Positions 38,263-50,534 of a stretch of 64,000 nt of DNA are shown in pieces. The notes beneath the pieces were generated by a model, which saw nothing but the letters and a program-made list of their open reading frames with translations, was not told the DNA's origin and ran no database searches. Each line of letters starts with the position of its first letter. The first letter of the stretch is position 1. The position numbers and the translations under genes are program-made. The DNA lies in assembly GCF_963921235.1 (NCBI RefSeq), contig NC_086108.1:74462001-74526000 (forward strand). Reading direction: 5' to 3'. Source of the stretch: Mobula hypostoma. Its lineage: Eukaryota.

Positions 38263-40099
38263 CTTAGCAAAAGAGCAAACATAATCATTGTCTATAATCA
38301 AAGTTCTTTTTCAGCATGAATATGAATATTGAGGATCAATTACCATTTCAAAAATTTGTCCACTTAATCACTATAAAGAAGCAAGACATTTCTTGACAGT
38401 GACATTGTATACAGAGCAAAGATGATACAGAGGCTGTAACAGTCATTTGCAGCCATTTTTATATCTCTTATTGACTAAATTCAATAGAAGGCAACATTGG
38501 TCTGGAGATAATTGAATTATTGTCTTAAGGAGGAATGGCAGAACAAAATACCGAAGTTTCGGATTTCTTCTCCACTGGTATTGCTTATTGCTTTAATTGA
38601 TAGCTGTTGAACATAACCTCACCGATACACATCCCCATAAAGGAGTACTAATGTAGTATTTTTCACAGGTATATGGAGAAATTTAAGGTGGGGGGTTATA
38701 TGGAAGGCAGGGTTTAAGGGTCGGCACAACATTGTGGGCCGAAGGGCCTGTATTATGCTGTACTATTCTATGTTCTAAAAATCTACCATTCTAGAAAATT
38801 CGAGAATAAAAATCCCTTGGGGGACCACAGGTTTTAAATCAAAGGAAAACTGGATGAGTGGATCTCGATTATTCAATGCATAAACAATGTATTGTAAAAA
38901 AAGGAGACACCCACGTAAAACAAATTTACTAATGTACACACAAACATCACAGAGCAATGGTGCTGGGTTTTGTCATTCATTCATACACAACATAAACAAC
39001 TTTCACCATAAGTGTTTCAGTACTGTTTTTAGGCTCAACATTTTTCTCGGACTGTTCACAGTAAGTCCACTAGAATGAGGTGGATATTCAAAATAAATAA
39101 TATCTGCCTTTTAAGCAATAGCTAGTCCAGTATTCCTGTAGACATAATTTTTGAATATAATTGACCAGCGGTCCTACACCTGACAAAGCCTCTTTTGCTG
39201 GACTGATGTGACAGGGAAAGAAAAACAGTATATGCTTCTTAGGTCCTCCACCAAGTTAGAGTAAAGGATCCAAAACAACATTAATTTCAAGGGAGATTAT
39301 TTTAGTGTTTTAACCGATCATTTTTAATAAAAAATTTATTTTTTTCAATTTTACTTTAAAACGTTATCTGAATGTCAGAGACCATTAAAAATGATTAAAC
39401 AAAAAAAAAGCTTTCATGTCCATTTCAGGAATTGGCTACTTTAATGTACTCCTGTAAGCCTGTCAAAATACTATGAAGATAGGGTTAGGGATTTCTTTAT
39501 CTGGAACAGGTGAGAATAGGTAATGGGGAGACAACGGATGTAGATTCTTGGAAAGTGCTGGAAGGGAAGAGCATGACTGGGTCATTAAGTTAGAAATAGA
39601 CAGATTCTTTGTTGATCCTGAAGGAAATTAGTGTCACATTAGCATTATGAATGCATAGATATACAAATATTAGAAGAAAAGTAAGAAAAAATAGAAAATA
39701 AGCTCCTTCAAATAGTCCAACAGGAGGGGGTCATCGCCTCCCCGGCAATAGGTTGATTTATTATAGGGCCTAATGGCGGAGGACAAGAATGACCTCCTAT
39801 TGCACTCTGGAGCAGCGCAGTTGTCAGTCTATTAATAAAACTAAATACTCTTTCCCTCCTATCTTCCTCAGAGAAAGTAGATATTTTATCTGGTTAGCAT
39901 ACCATCACTGCATTCTTGATCAAGTTCACTCAACTACAAGTCAGTGAAATAAATGTGTCACCTTAATATTTTGGACAGTTAAAAATTATTCAAGTACACC
40001 ATGAAAAGTTGGTACAGCGAACAAAAAGCTTTGGCTGCCGTAGGAATATTTGTCTGAAATTTGCTTGTTGCTTAGAGCAGACAGAGACTATATCTTACA

Positions 40100-40265
40100 A
40101 CACACAAAATGCTGGAGGAACTCAACTGGCTAAGCAGCATCTACGGAAAAGAGTCAACAGTCGACATTTCAGGCAGAGACCCTTCATCAGGACTCAGTCT
40201 GATGCTCCCTGACCTGCTGAGTTCCTCCAGCATTTTGTGCGCGCTGCTTTGGATTTCCAGCATCT
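40100..40265. mobile_element. Penelope-terminal-repeat fold-back element carrying a hammerhead motif
   Basis: Inverted arms 40103-40141 / 40201-40239 (cacaaaatgctggaggaactca.. / ..tgagttcctccagcattttgtg). Confidence 0.8.
40159..40194 (-). ncRNA. Minimal type I hammerhead ribozyme motif (Penelope-derived)
   Basis: Minus strand AGUC-CUGAUGA-AGG-gucucug-CCU-GAAA-UG-UC-GACU: intact CUGANGA/GAAA/UH core, stem I AGUC:GACU, stem II AGG:CCU, minimal stem III. Confidence 0.7.
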
Positions 40266-40377
40266 TTTCTTGTGACGATGTATCTCCTCAATAACTCTTC
40301 AGTTAATCTAAACTGATTAATGCTGACAGTATGCATTACTAAAGTATTCCACACTGTGATTTTAGTGAGCTCTACTC

Positions 40378-41159
40378 ATATCACCAGCATGTGACATGAA
40401 ATTTGTTAACTTAGCAGCAGTTCAATGCAATACATAATATAGAAAAAAAACAAAATAATCATAAACAAATAACAACCAATTACAGCATATGTATATTGAA
40501 TAGATTAAAAATTGTGCAAAAAACAGAAATACTATATATTAAAAAAGTGAGGTAGAGTCCAAAGATTCAATGTCCATTTAGGAATTGGATGACAGAGGAG
40601 AAGAACCTGTTCCTGAATCACTGAGTGTGAGCCTTCAGGCTTCTGGGTACCTCCTACCTGATGGTAACAGTGAGAAAAGGGCATGCCCTGGGTGCTGGAG
40701 GTCCTTTACAATGAACGCTGCCTTTCTGAGACACCGCTCCTTGAAGATGTCCTGGGTACTTTGTAGGCTAGTACCCAAGATGGAACAGACTAAATTTACA
40801 ACCTTCTGCAGCTTCTTTTGGTCCTGTGCAGTAGACCACCACCCCACCCCCCATACCAGACAGTGATGCAGCCTACCAGAATGCTCTCCACGGTACATCT
40901 ATAGAAGTTTTTGAGTTTATTTGTTGACATACCAAATCTCTTCAAACTCCTAATGAAGTATAGCCACTGTCTTGCCTTCTTTATAACTACATTGATATGT
41001 TGGGACCAGGTTAGATCCTCAGAGATACTGACACCCAGGAACTTGAAACTGCTCACTCTCTCCACTTCTGATCCCTCTATGAGGATTGGTATGTGTTCCT
41101 TCGTCTTACCCTGCCTGAAGTCCACAATCAGCTCTTTCATCTTACTGACGTTGAGTGCC
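40378..41159 (-). mobile_element. Rex1/Babar-like LINE 3' fragment, same family as 20750-21919
   Basis: Near-identical to ~20768-21510. [31 protein letters not shown]. Confidence 0.88.
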
Positions 41160-42800
41160 CAAATTAATATGCATTAATAGTTGAAATAAAATTTGCATAA
41201 TTCTTAATAGTTTCCTTAGTTTACTGAGCAATTTGGTGGTCACTCTGAGGAATTGGGGATATAAAAAAAATAATTTTGAACCTATGTAACCTCTGGCTAA
41301 AAGAATAATTTCTTTTACTGAACAGGAATTTTTGAACTGAAGTAAACTCTTTCTTCAGCAGTTAGCTAAGACGTGTCAAATAAGTTTCATGCAGTCTATG
41401 GCAGGAGTCAAAGGAACTGGAGTTCAAAACTCTATACCAGAGATAAATACCCACCCCATTAATCAATGCTAATTTCAGCACTCAAGTAGATATTTTCTTT
41501 CGTTAAAAAACAAAATCAATGCAAAAATTGTTAGATCATTAGACAATGAATTGTCACCTTTATAAGAAAGTTTAAATTCAGCTGACATTGACAATTATGT
41601 TAGTGTTTGCAGCCAAGTTTCGGCAACTTCAATTAAGTTAAGATGAATAAATTTTCAAGTATGTCTTGGAGTGGAAAATGGAAAATTCTAACGAGATGGT
41701 GCTAAAGGACTTTGAGGCACAGCTGACTGATATTTACTCTGCATACCTGATCTGCAAGAATTCCTAAAAGGGAAAATGTTAATATGGCAGGAGAGGGGGC
41801 AGGAGTTCTGTTGAAGGGTCTCGGCTTGAAACATTAACTGTTTACTCTATTACACAAATGCTACCTGGCCTGCTGAGTTCCCACAGTTTTTGTGCACGTT
41901 CCTTGGATTTTCAGTATCTCCAGATTTTCTCTTGGAAGTGATCTTTTGCACTCAATTATACCAAATTGCTGGCAAGTTCTTTTTTTTGAAAGAAATTTCC
42001 ATACGAAAATTGCAAATACCAGAAAAAATGCAAAAGCAAGAAACAGAAACTAGACAGTTTCCTGTTTTCAACAGTATGTTATTTTGCCAGTCAGCTTTAC
42101 TGGTACTTTGCCAGCCAGCACAATTTCTGATATTTCCAACATTTTGTTATTAGTAAAAACAAGGATACAGAGTAGTATTCTTAACGCATACTAGTGACTA
42201 TTTTTGAATAAATGTAAGAGAATAGGAAGAGATAATGACAAAAAACAGTTAAGTTTTGGCACTGACTTGGGAGGAAACAAACCATAACACTAATGTATGG
42301 AGATGTATTATAGTATTAAGCATCCCATTTTATCTCCTGGTAAATAAGAATTGCCAGTTTAATATACTAAATGAACAATTATTTTATTATTAAAGATTCA
42401 TAAATAATTGTTTGAAGCACATCAGAATATATCGATATACCATGAGTATTTACAAAGTTGATCGTTTCTGTAAGTTAGCTGCAAAGACTAACTGAAAAGA
42501 CACAAGGATGCATTGTAAAAATAGTAGCATATAGAATGTTAATTTTTGTATGATACAAAAATAGTGAAAACCTCCATGTACTCACTGCCTTTTAGTTAAC
42601 AGTAAATGCTGTGTGTGGATGCAAAATAGTATTTGAGTAATTACCTAGTTAATTCCAAGGATACTTTGCCAAAGGTAACTGCAGCTTGGTTTAGTGCCAT
42701 TACATTGATGGCAGAAGATGGGTATGCCCCAGAACAGGGGCCAAAGGGGGCATTAGCCAGGACCTTAAGTAAAACATTCCAAATACTGATGGATTCTCAT

Positions 42801-42976
42801 CTGCGAGAATTAATGTGAATTGCAGGACACATTGATAATTGACACTTTCTGGCCCTGCCTGGGTTCTTCCCAGGGCTACGCCTGTCTGAGAGTCGCTTGT
42901 ATGATCCATTGTGCTTACTTGCCACCAGGCTCGAGAGAACGCGTCTGGGGCGTCGCAAAGGGGCCTGATCCCTCTA
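42801..42976 (+). pseudogene. rDNA-derived fragment: 3' part of 5.8S rRNA plus start of ITS2
   Basis: ctgcgagaattaatgtgaattgcaggacacattga..gacactt..gggttcttcccagggctacgcctgtctgagagtcgctt (42801-42898) matches vertebrate 5.8S. It is followed by ITS2-like gcgtctggggcgtcgca. Confidence 0.9.
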
Positions 42977-43344
42977 TGACAAGAGAGGTTGAGTAACCAG
43001 TTGAGAAAGTTCACATGATAATGTGCTTAGACTTTTACCTAGTTCATTTTTTTGTGTCAGATCACATCTTTAAAAAGGCACCAGCATTTCCAAACTGCCA
43101 CCCACACCCAAGTCAGTCACTACTGCTGAAAACTGGAAGCTGATAATCCCTTGCATCCTTAAGAATTCGAGGTACACATGCTTAAGTAACAATGTGAAAG
43201 ACCTTGGTTGAGAAAAGTTATGGACTAAAGAGAGATAATACTTAGTCATCCCTGGAATGGAGACGTGCTACATGTGTACTCTTCAAATCAAAATTCAGCT
43301 TTGGAGTCGTTCTATTGTGTACATGTTAACATGTCTTTGGAGGA

Positions 43345-43795
43345 AATTTACCCAGATGTTAGCCAGCCTGCCTTGTAGGGAAAGGTTGAATAGCTAGGTC
43401 TTTTCTCTTTGGAGTGAATTAGGATGAGAAGAGGCTTGATAGAACTAACAGCCAGTGCTTTTTTCCATGACGGCAATGGCTAATACAACAGGACATTTTT
43501 TTTTTAAAAAGGTGATTTTTGGAGGGGAAAATTGGGGGGGGGGATTTAAGAGGAAGGCTTTTAAAAAAATTTTTTACCGAGTGGCAAGTACATGTAATGC
43601 ACTGCCAGGGGAATGAAAAGTGCACGGTCAGGTGTGATGGCAGAGGCAGATTCATTAGGGACATTTAAGGCTTTCAAATAGACATTTGAATGAAAAAAAT
43701 GGAGACCTAAGTGGAAGGGAAAGATTAGCTGCTTGCATTAAAAGGTTGGCCCAATATTGTTTGCTGAAGTGTAGGCACTATGCTGTACTGTCAAT
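43345..43795 (+). mobile_element. CR1 3' fragment
   Basis: ctaggtcttttctctttggag..aggatgagaagaggcttgataga and a decayed CR1 tail. Confidence 0.65.
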
Positions 43796-44020
43796 GCCCT
43801 ACTTCTGTCTTCCTAAATGGCTTGGATTTAAGTTTGGACTCAAGTGATCCATGACAGTTCCAAATCCTCAAGCTACAAGTCTCTGGATGAAGTCATACAC
43901 AAAATAAGGGGCCTGTTGAAGGACAATATAACAAAACAGACATAAAAGGAACACCTTTGGGTGACTCAAGGTAAGGTTAATCTAATTTTGTCAATGTAAT
44001 TGGACAATTAGACACATTAC

Positions 44021-44107
44021 CTCATCAGGTCTACTTTTCCATGTCCCCAGCCCAATGAGAGGCATCTTTTGTCCAGTATTGAGCAGAACATAATCAGAAG
44101 TAGACAT
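44021..44107 (-). CDS. AKR1A1: AKR1A1 (aldo-keto reductase 1A1, aldehyde reductase) first coding exon (87 nt; exon acceptor at 44114-44115)
   Basis: ttttag|GTTAAA ATG: [29 protein letters not shown]|gtaat. The 8 exons sum to 981 nt (326 aa + stop) with consistent phases. NASP lies downstream as in tetrapods. Confidence 0.97.
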
Positions 44108-44409
44108 TTTAACCTAAAACAAGAGAGAACGTTCCTAAAATTCTGAAAATCTTAAATGACAATTATTACAGAAACCATTTAAATCCATGTATTAATACTA
44201 TCAATGTACTATTAATAATACATACATTAGTTGGTAAAGAAAACCACGCAAATCATTTTGGAGACGCATACACTATATACTCTGCAAACGAAAGAAATCT
44301 GCAGATGCTGGAAATCTGAAACTAGAAGAGAAAATACTGAAAAGACTCAGCAGGCCAGGCAGCATCCATGAAGAGAAACAGAATTAAGGTTGCAGGTTAA
44401 ATACCCTAG

Positions 44410-44613
44410 AGGTTCACGTACTTTTCCCAAAAATACATGAATAGTGGATCATTTTTCTCAATAAATGAAAAAGTATAATGCTTTTGGTGTTGTTTACTTA
44501 ATTGGGTTCTCTTTATCTAGTTTCCGGGAAAATGAAGATCTGATCACATTTTAAGTCATATTTATGCAGAAAGGGTAAATTCTAGAGGGTTCATAAACTT
44601 TCTAGCACCACTG
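44410..44613. mobile_element. Tc1 TIR fragment inside a Penelope fold-back element (~44265-44655)
   Basis: ..gagggttcataaactttctagcaccactg|TA, related to the Tc1 TIRs above. Confidence 0.6.
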
Positions 44614-44832
44614 TATGCTGCCAAACCTGTTGCGTGTTTCTACAATTTTCTCAGTCTTTGGGTCTAAATGCCAATGCTGAGTCCAGCAGCAGAACAGTTG
44701 GTCGGATGTGGTGGCAACCAATGTCTAATGTGCATCATAATTCCTTGCTGCAAAGCACAGGAGTGTAATTCAAATGGAAGTTAAGCAGAAATTCCCTGAG
44801 GTTACAACCTGTGTTAGAACATGATCTAGTTC

Positions 44833-44917
44833 CTTGGGTTCCTGACCTGGGGGTCCACGGACCCCTCAGTTAATGGTAGGGATCCACGGCATAAAAAAAA
44901 AAGGTTGGTAACCCCCG
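44833..44917. mobile_element. hAT MITE, reverse-orientation relative of 9116-9192
   Basis: ggggtccacggacccctcagttaatggtagg..ggcataaaaa..ggttggtaacccc. Confidence 0.75.
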
Positions 44918-46559
44918 CTCCAGCTCAATAAATTTTACGGCTTCTCCTGGTTACTGTGCAGCAAAATTACTGCAAATTGGATGTCAATAAGATCTCATTT
45001 GAGCAAAAGTTTCTCTGTACTACGTGCTGCTATTTACCTTCATTATATTGAGGGAAGAAGTTATTATTTGTGTAACAGAAAATAAACTGATTTTTCCATT
45101 AAGGAAGTTGTTTTTCAAAATAAAAAGTATTGGACCGAGGTGTACTGGTAAAAACCTGAATGAATTACTGAAAGGAATGGTCTGGGCCACAAGAACCTCC
45201 CAGTGTTTTTTTATTTTGCCACAAACTGTATACAGGATGGGCTTAAAGCCTGAACAAGTAAACTATTCATACAAATTCTTTTGTACCAAATACTTGCAAT
45301 AAAAGTACATTCCTATGTGTTACCTTACAGTAGTTTCTGCAGATTTGCTTTGGCCTTAAAATTTGGGTTAAAATCCTTTGCATGTTGCCCCTTCAAAATT
45401 GAAACAAAATACTGGTGAATGAACGGCATCTCCAACTTTCTAATTTCCCTGCTCTAGGATAAATAATATTCAGGATAGATTTCATGGACATGCAGAGTTA
45501 AAATTATTTTGCTACATTCATTTCTTACTAGACTTTTATTCTGTTGCAGATTATCAAACCAATTCCCGTGCAGCTTCAAATAACTGAAATCCTATAAAAA
45601 GGACACAGTGTTTTTGAAAATACTCAGAAGCATCCTGCTATTGTCATAAATTATCTCAGTGCATTCCTAGGATTGATAAAATGGCACACTGAAAAAGGGA
45701 AGCAGAAAATATATTTCAGTTTTGATCAAATTTGGATATACTAAGTGTAAAAGTGCTCAACATTAAAACTACATTTGGGGTAGTCAAGATGTGACTGCAA
45801 TTCATTTTGGCCAAAGAGACTTCTCTGAAGCATAAATCAATTTCTCAAGTATGATCACATCAGGACATAGCCTGACTTCGCCGAAGCACTTTTATATGGG
45901 ATCTAATACTATTAAATTTTTAAAAATCAAATTAAAGAATTCCAAAAATAGAAGTGCTCAAAAATCAAGTAAAATCTGTGGATTGTGATGAAGGATCTTT
46001 AACCTGAACCATTGACTGCTTTAATCTCCATTAATACTGTTTAACTTGCTGAGTACTTCTGCCATTTTCTCTGGTTTAGTTTTGGATTTGCAGCGTCAGC
46101 AGCTCAAAATGTAATATTCTTTGCTAGGCGCTCAGGAATTATGACGACTTGCGTCCAAGACCACCTTCGAGGATTTGAGATGCCCGAGACCAATGAGGGA
46201 ACCAGTCCCTTTCACAGATGAACAGGCAGTTGGGTAGACTGGTGGCAGAATCGCCTCCAGCTTCTATCCTCTCTAAGTAACAATTTCTTAAAGGAAACCA
46301 AAAGCTCCTCGCTACGTTCAAACACACGCCCTGGATTCTCAGGAGTCAAAAGGGATGCAGCGCTTTTCCCAAGGAAACATGCAATACACCTTTGGGTTCG
46401 CCTGGATTTTCTGGTACAACCCAGAAGAGTGTCTGTAATAATGATGCACCTCAATCGTACACAGAGTGTATTGAACAGAAAGGCTTATCATTAGATCGCA
46501 CAGTATACATCTTTCAGACTTGAGAAACATATAAAGGTACTTATAGCATCCACACAAAA

Positions 46560-47100
46560 GCGCCTTACCAACGTTGAGCTTCCAGATCCTCACCCTTCCT
46601 TCTCCAGCGCGCGACAACGTCACTCCCACTCCGCGCAGCCGTCTCACCCGACCAATCAGCTGCTGCTGCTCCTGCCGCCTTACGTCGCCGTCACCAGACT
46701 TCTCTTCACATTTTAAGGAAATAAAGCCTTTTGTCTTTAAACAGCTCGCGTGCACCGATTCAACTTGCCGATAGCTTTCACACGATAGGGAGTCACATTT
46801 ATGTTTAGCAGGGAAGACGCTGGGTCGAGCCCCTAAAGTGGAGCGCCGGCGGGCAAAACAGCAGGGGCCGGGGGGGGGGTCGGCGCGTGGAGGGGTAGGG
46901 GCGGTGGCTGGGGGGGGAGGTCGGGGCGCGCGTGGAGGGGCGGTGGCTGGTGGGGGAGGTCGGGGCGCGCAGGGGCTGGGGCGGAGGGGCGCGTGCAGAA
47001 GGTGTGATGCGCTTTGCACGTGTCCAACGGTTTTCAGTGAAGGCGTCGAACAGGTTAGTGAGAACGGCGAGCGAAGGTTGGTTTCTCTGGTCAATCTGTG
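46560..47100 (-). promoter_or_regulatory. AKR1A1 CpG-island promoter and probable non-coding exon 1
   Basis: CpG-rich. CCAAT at 46652-46656, CRE-like ACGTCA, multiple GGGGCGG boxes at 46860-46990. Minus-strand donor candidates G|GTGAGG (~46593) and G|GTAAGG (~46568). Confidence 0.7.
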
Positions 47101-47700
47101 AGGAAATGCACCTTTAAAACCACATAGAAAGGAAAAGGGCCGGTTAAAAGTGAGACGAATGTTGTTCTTGGAAGTGTGTGGTAGTGGATATTTTCAGAGA
47201 GAGAGAGAAGAAGAAGTCTGCATTTTATCATTTTTTAAGCTAACTGCTACATTATAGCAGTACCATCTAGCGTGTCCTGACCAGCTGGTACGAGAATTAC
47301 AAGATATCTGACCGCAAACATCTTCAAAGATTTGCTGAGAGGTCAACATACACAAAATGCTGCAGGAACTCAGTAGGCCAGGCAGCATTTAGGAAAAGAG
47401 TACGGTCGATGTTTCGAAATCCTTTGGCAGGGCTGGAGTAGAAAAAAGCTGGGCAGGCCTGCTGAGTTCCTCCATCGGTCTATGTGTGTTGTACTCATTT
47501 CCTAAATGCTGCTTGTGTGAGTTGCTCGGATTTCCAGCTTTTGAAGATGCTCTCTTGCTTGCTGAGAGGTCACCTGGGTGTCCCTTCCATCCATTAGAGA
47601 TAGTATCAGGAGTACGGCGGATGTAGGGCCCTTGCCATTGTCAATGATCCCTCCCATCTTTGACCCTCTACCACCAGGCGTTAGGCATGGTGGCATTAGG

Positions 47701-47788
47701 CAAACAACAGGAATTCTGCAGATGCTGGAAATGCAAGCAACACACATAAAAGTTGGTGGTGATTCAAGCAACACACATAAAAGTTGCG
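47701..47788 (-). mobile_element. 88-bp Penelope terminal fragment with 12-bp TSD
   Basis: GGTGGCATTAGG at 47689-47700 and 47789-47800. Internal duplication of caagcaacacacataaaagttg. Confidence 0.8.
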
Positions 47789-48034
47789 GGTGGCATTAGG
47801 GTTAGGATGGGAAACAGCTCCTTTCCCCAGGCCGTAAGTATCTTAAACTTCCTACCACCACCCAAGTCTCATCATGTATGAAGTGACAGTAACTATATAC
47901 TGTTTGTAATTTGTGTTATATATGCTCATCTTATTTGTGGTAATATTACCTTGTGTGTACAAGTTATATGTACTGTGTAGTGCAGTTGGTCCGGAGGAAC
48001 ATTGTCTCATTTGGCAGTATACATGTGCATAAGA

Positions 48035-50420
48035 CCATAAGACATCTGGCCCATGGAGTCTGCTCTGCCATTCAATTATGGCCAATCCTTTTTCATTTCC
48101 CAGCCTTCTCCCTGTAACCTTTGATGTCATATCCAATCAAGACCTTATCAATCTTTGCCTTAAATACACTCAACGACCTGGCCTCCGCAGCTGCCTGTGG
48201 CAACAAATTTCACAAATTTACCACCCTTTGGCTAAAGAAATTTCTCCACATCTCTGTTTTGAAAGGGTGCCCCTCTATCCTGAGGCTGCGCCCTCTTGTC
48301 CTAGTCTCTCCCACCATGGGAAACATCCTTTCCACATTTACTCTGTCTAGGCCTTTCAACATTCGAAAGGTTTCAATAAGATCCCCCCTCATCCTTCGAA
48401 ATTTCAGTGAGTACAGATCCAGAGCCATCAAACATTCTTCGTATGATAACTCTTTCATTCCTGGAATTGTCCTTGTGAACCTCCTCTGAATGCTCTCCAA
48501 TGCCAGCACATCTTTTCTAAGATGAAGGGCCCAAAACTGTACACAATACTCAAGGTGAGGCCTCACCAGTCAGTGCCTTATAAAGCTTCAGCATCACATC
48601 CCTGCTCTTGTATTCTAGACCTCTTGAAATTAATGCTAACATTGCATTTGTCTTCTTCACCACCGACTCAACCTGCACATTAACCTTCAGGGTGTTCTGC
48701 ACAAGGACTCTCAAGTCCCTCTGCATCTCAGATTCCTGGATTTTCTCCCCGTTTAGAAAATACTCTGCACATTTATTTCTGCTAACAAAAGTGCATGACC
48801 ATGCATTTTCCAACATTGTATTTAATTTGCCACTTTCTTGCCCATTCTCCTAATCTGCCTAAGTCCTTCTGCATCGTAACTGTTTTCTCAACACTACCTG
48901 CCCCTCCACCAATCTTCGTATAATCTGCAAACCTGGCAACAAAGCCATCTAGTTCATCATCTAAATCATTGATATACAGCATAAAAAGAAGTGGCCCCAA
49001 CATCGACGCCTGCAGAACACCTCTAATTACTGGCAGCCAACTAGACAAGGATCCTTTTCTGCTCTCAGGATGAGGCTTTTCATTCCAGGACGAGGGAGAT
49101 GTCCTCCTTTTTTAAAGAAAGGGGCTTCCCTTCCTCCACCATCAACTCTGCTCTCAAACGCATCTTCCCCTTTTCACGCATGTCTGCTCTCACTCCATCC
49201 TCCTGCCACCCCACTAGGAATAGGGTTCCCCTGGTCCTCACCTACCACCCCACCAGCCTCTGGGTCCAACATATTCTCCGTAACTTCCGCCACCTCCAAC
49301 GGGATCCCACCACTAAGCATATTTTTCCCTCCTCCTCCCCCCACCCCCGCTTTCCACAGGGATCGCTCCCTACGCGACTCCCTTGTAAATTCATACCCTG
49401 CATCCCTCCCCACTGATCTCCCTCCTGGCACTTATCCTTGTAAGCGGAACAAGTGCTACACATGCCCTTACACTTCCTCCCTTACCACCATTCAGGGCCC
49501 CAAACAGTCCTTCCAGGTGAGGCGACACTTCACCTGTGAGTCGGCTGGGGTGATATACTGCGTCCGGTGCTCCCGATGTGGCCTCTATATATTGGCGAGA
49601 CCCGACGCAGATGGGGAGATCATTTTGCTGAACACCTACGCTCTGTCCGCCAGAGAAAGCAGGATCTCCCAGTGGCCACACATTTTAATTCCACATCCCA
49701 TTCCCATTCTGACATGTCTATCCAAGGCCTCATTCAGGTTGGAGGAACAACACCTTATATTCTGTCTGGCATGAACATTGACTTCTCAAACTTCCACTAA
49801 TGCCCCACCTCCCCCTCGTACCCCATCCGTTATTTATTTATATACACACATTCATTTGCTCGCTCTCCTTTTTCTCCCTCTGTCCCCCTCACTATACCCC
49901 TTGCCCATCCTCTGGGCTTCACCCCTCCCCCTTTTCCTTCTCCCTGGGCCTCCTGTCCCATGATCTTCTCATATCCTTTTTGTGTCCCATGATGCTCTCA
50001 TATCTCTTTTGTCAATCAACTGTCCAACTCTTTGCTCCATCCCTCCCCCTCTTGTCTTCTCCTATCATTTTGGATCTCCCCTTCCCCCTCCCCCTTTCAA
50101 ATCTCTTACTAGCTCTTTCTTGCTCTTTCTTCAGTTAGTCCTGACAAAGGGTCTCGGCCTGAAACGTTGACTGTACCTCTTCCTAGAGATGCTGCCTGGC
50201 TTGCTGCGTTCACCAGCAACTTTGATGTGTGTTGCAAGGATCCTTTTATTCCTCCTTCCAATCAGCCAGTGCTCTAACCATGTTAGTAACTTTCCTGTAA
50301 TACCATGGGCTGTTAACTTGGTAAGCAGCCTCGTGTGACACCCTTTGTCAAAGGCTTTCTGAAAGTCCAGGTATACAACATTCACCGCATCTCCTTTATC
50401 TATCGTACTTGTATGGTTGA
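48035..50420 (-). mobile_element. CR1 LINE 3' half, split by a Penelope insertion
   Basis: VVYLDFQKAFDK; LGPLLFMLYINDLDD..FADYTKIGG; RPHLEYCVQFW. (TCTTATGG) tail at the left end. Confidence 0.9.
49059..50234 (+). mobile_element. Penelope-like element, 5'-truncated
   Basis: Perfect 13-bp TSD CAAGGATCCTTTT (49046-49058, 50235-50247). GIY-YIG VIYCVRCSRCGL.YIGET. Terminal hammerhead-like agtcCTGACAAagggtctcggcctGAAAcgttgact (~50137-50172). Confidence 0.92.
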
Positions 50421-50534
50421 ACGACAATAAGCTTGATTATATTCTGCGATCTGGTTTCTGTCATTATCTCAATGTATTTACATATTCCATGAGCTACCTG
50501 AATGGCACATGTTTTCCCACTATCTCATTGCAAG

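Noticed and set aside
46339-47094. 251-aa Pro-rich minus-strand ORF and overlapping Gly-rich plus-strand ORFs
   Set aside because: Open frames arise from the GC-rich promoter repeat; low complexity and no recognisable domain.
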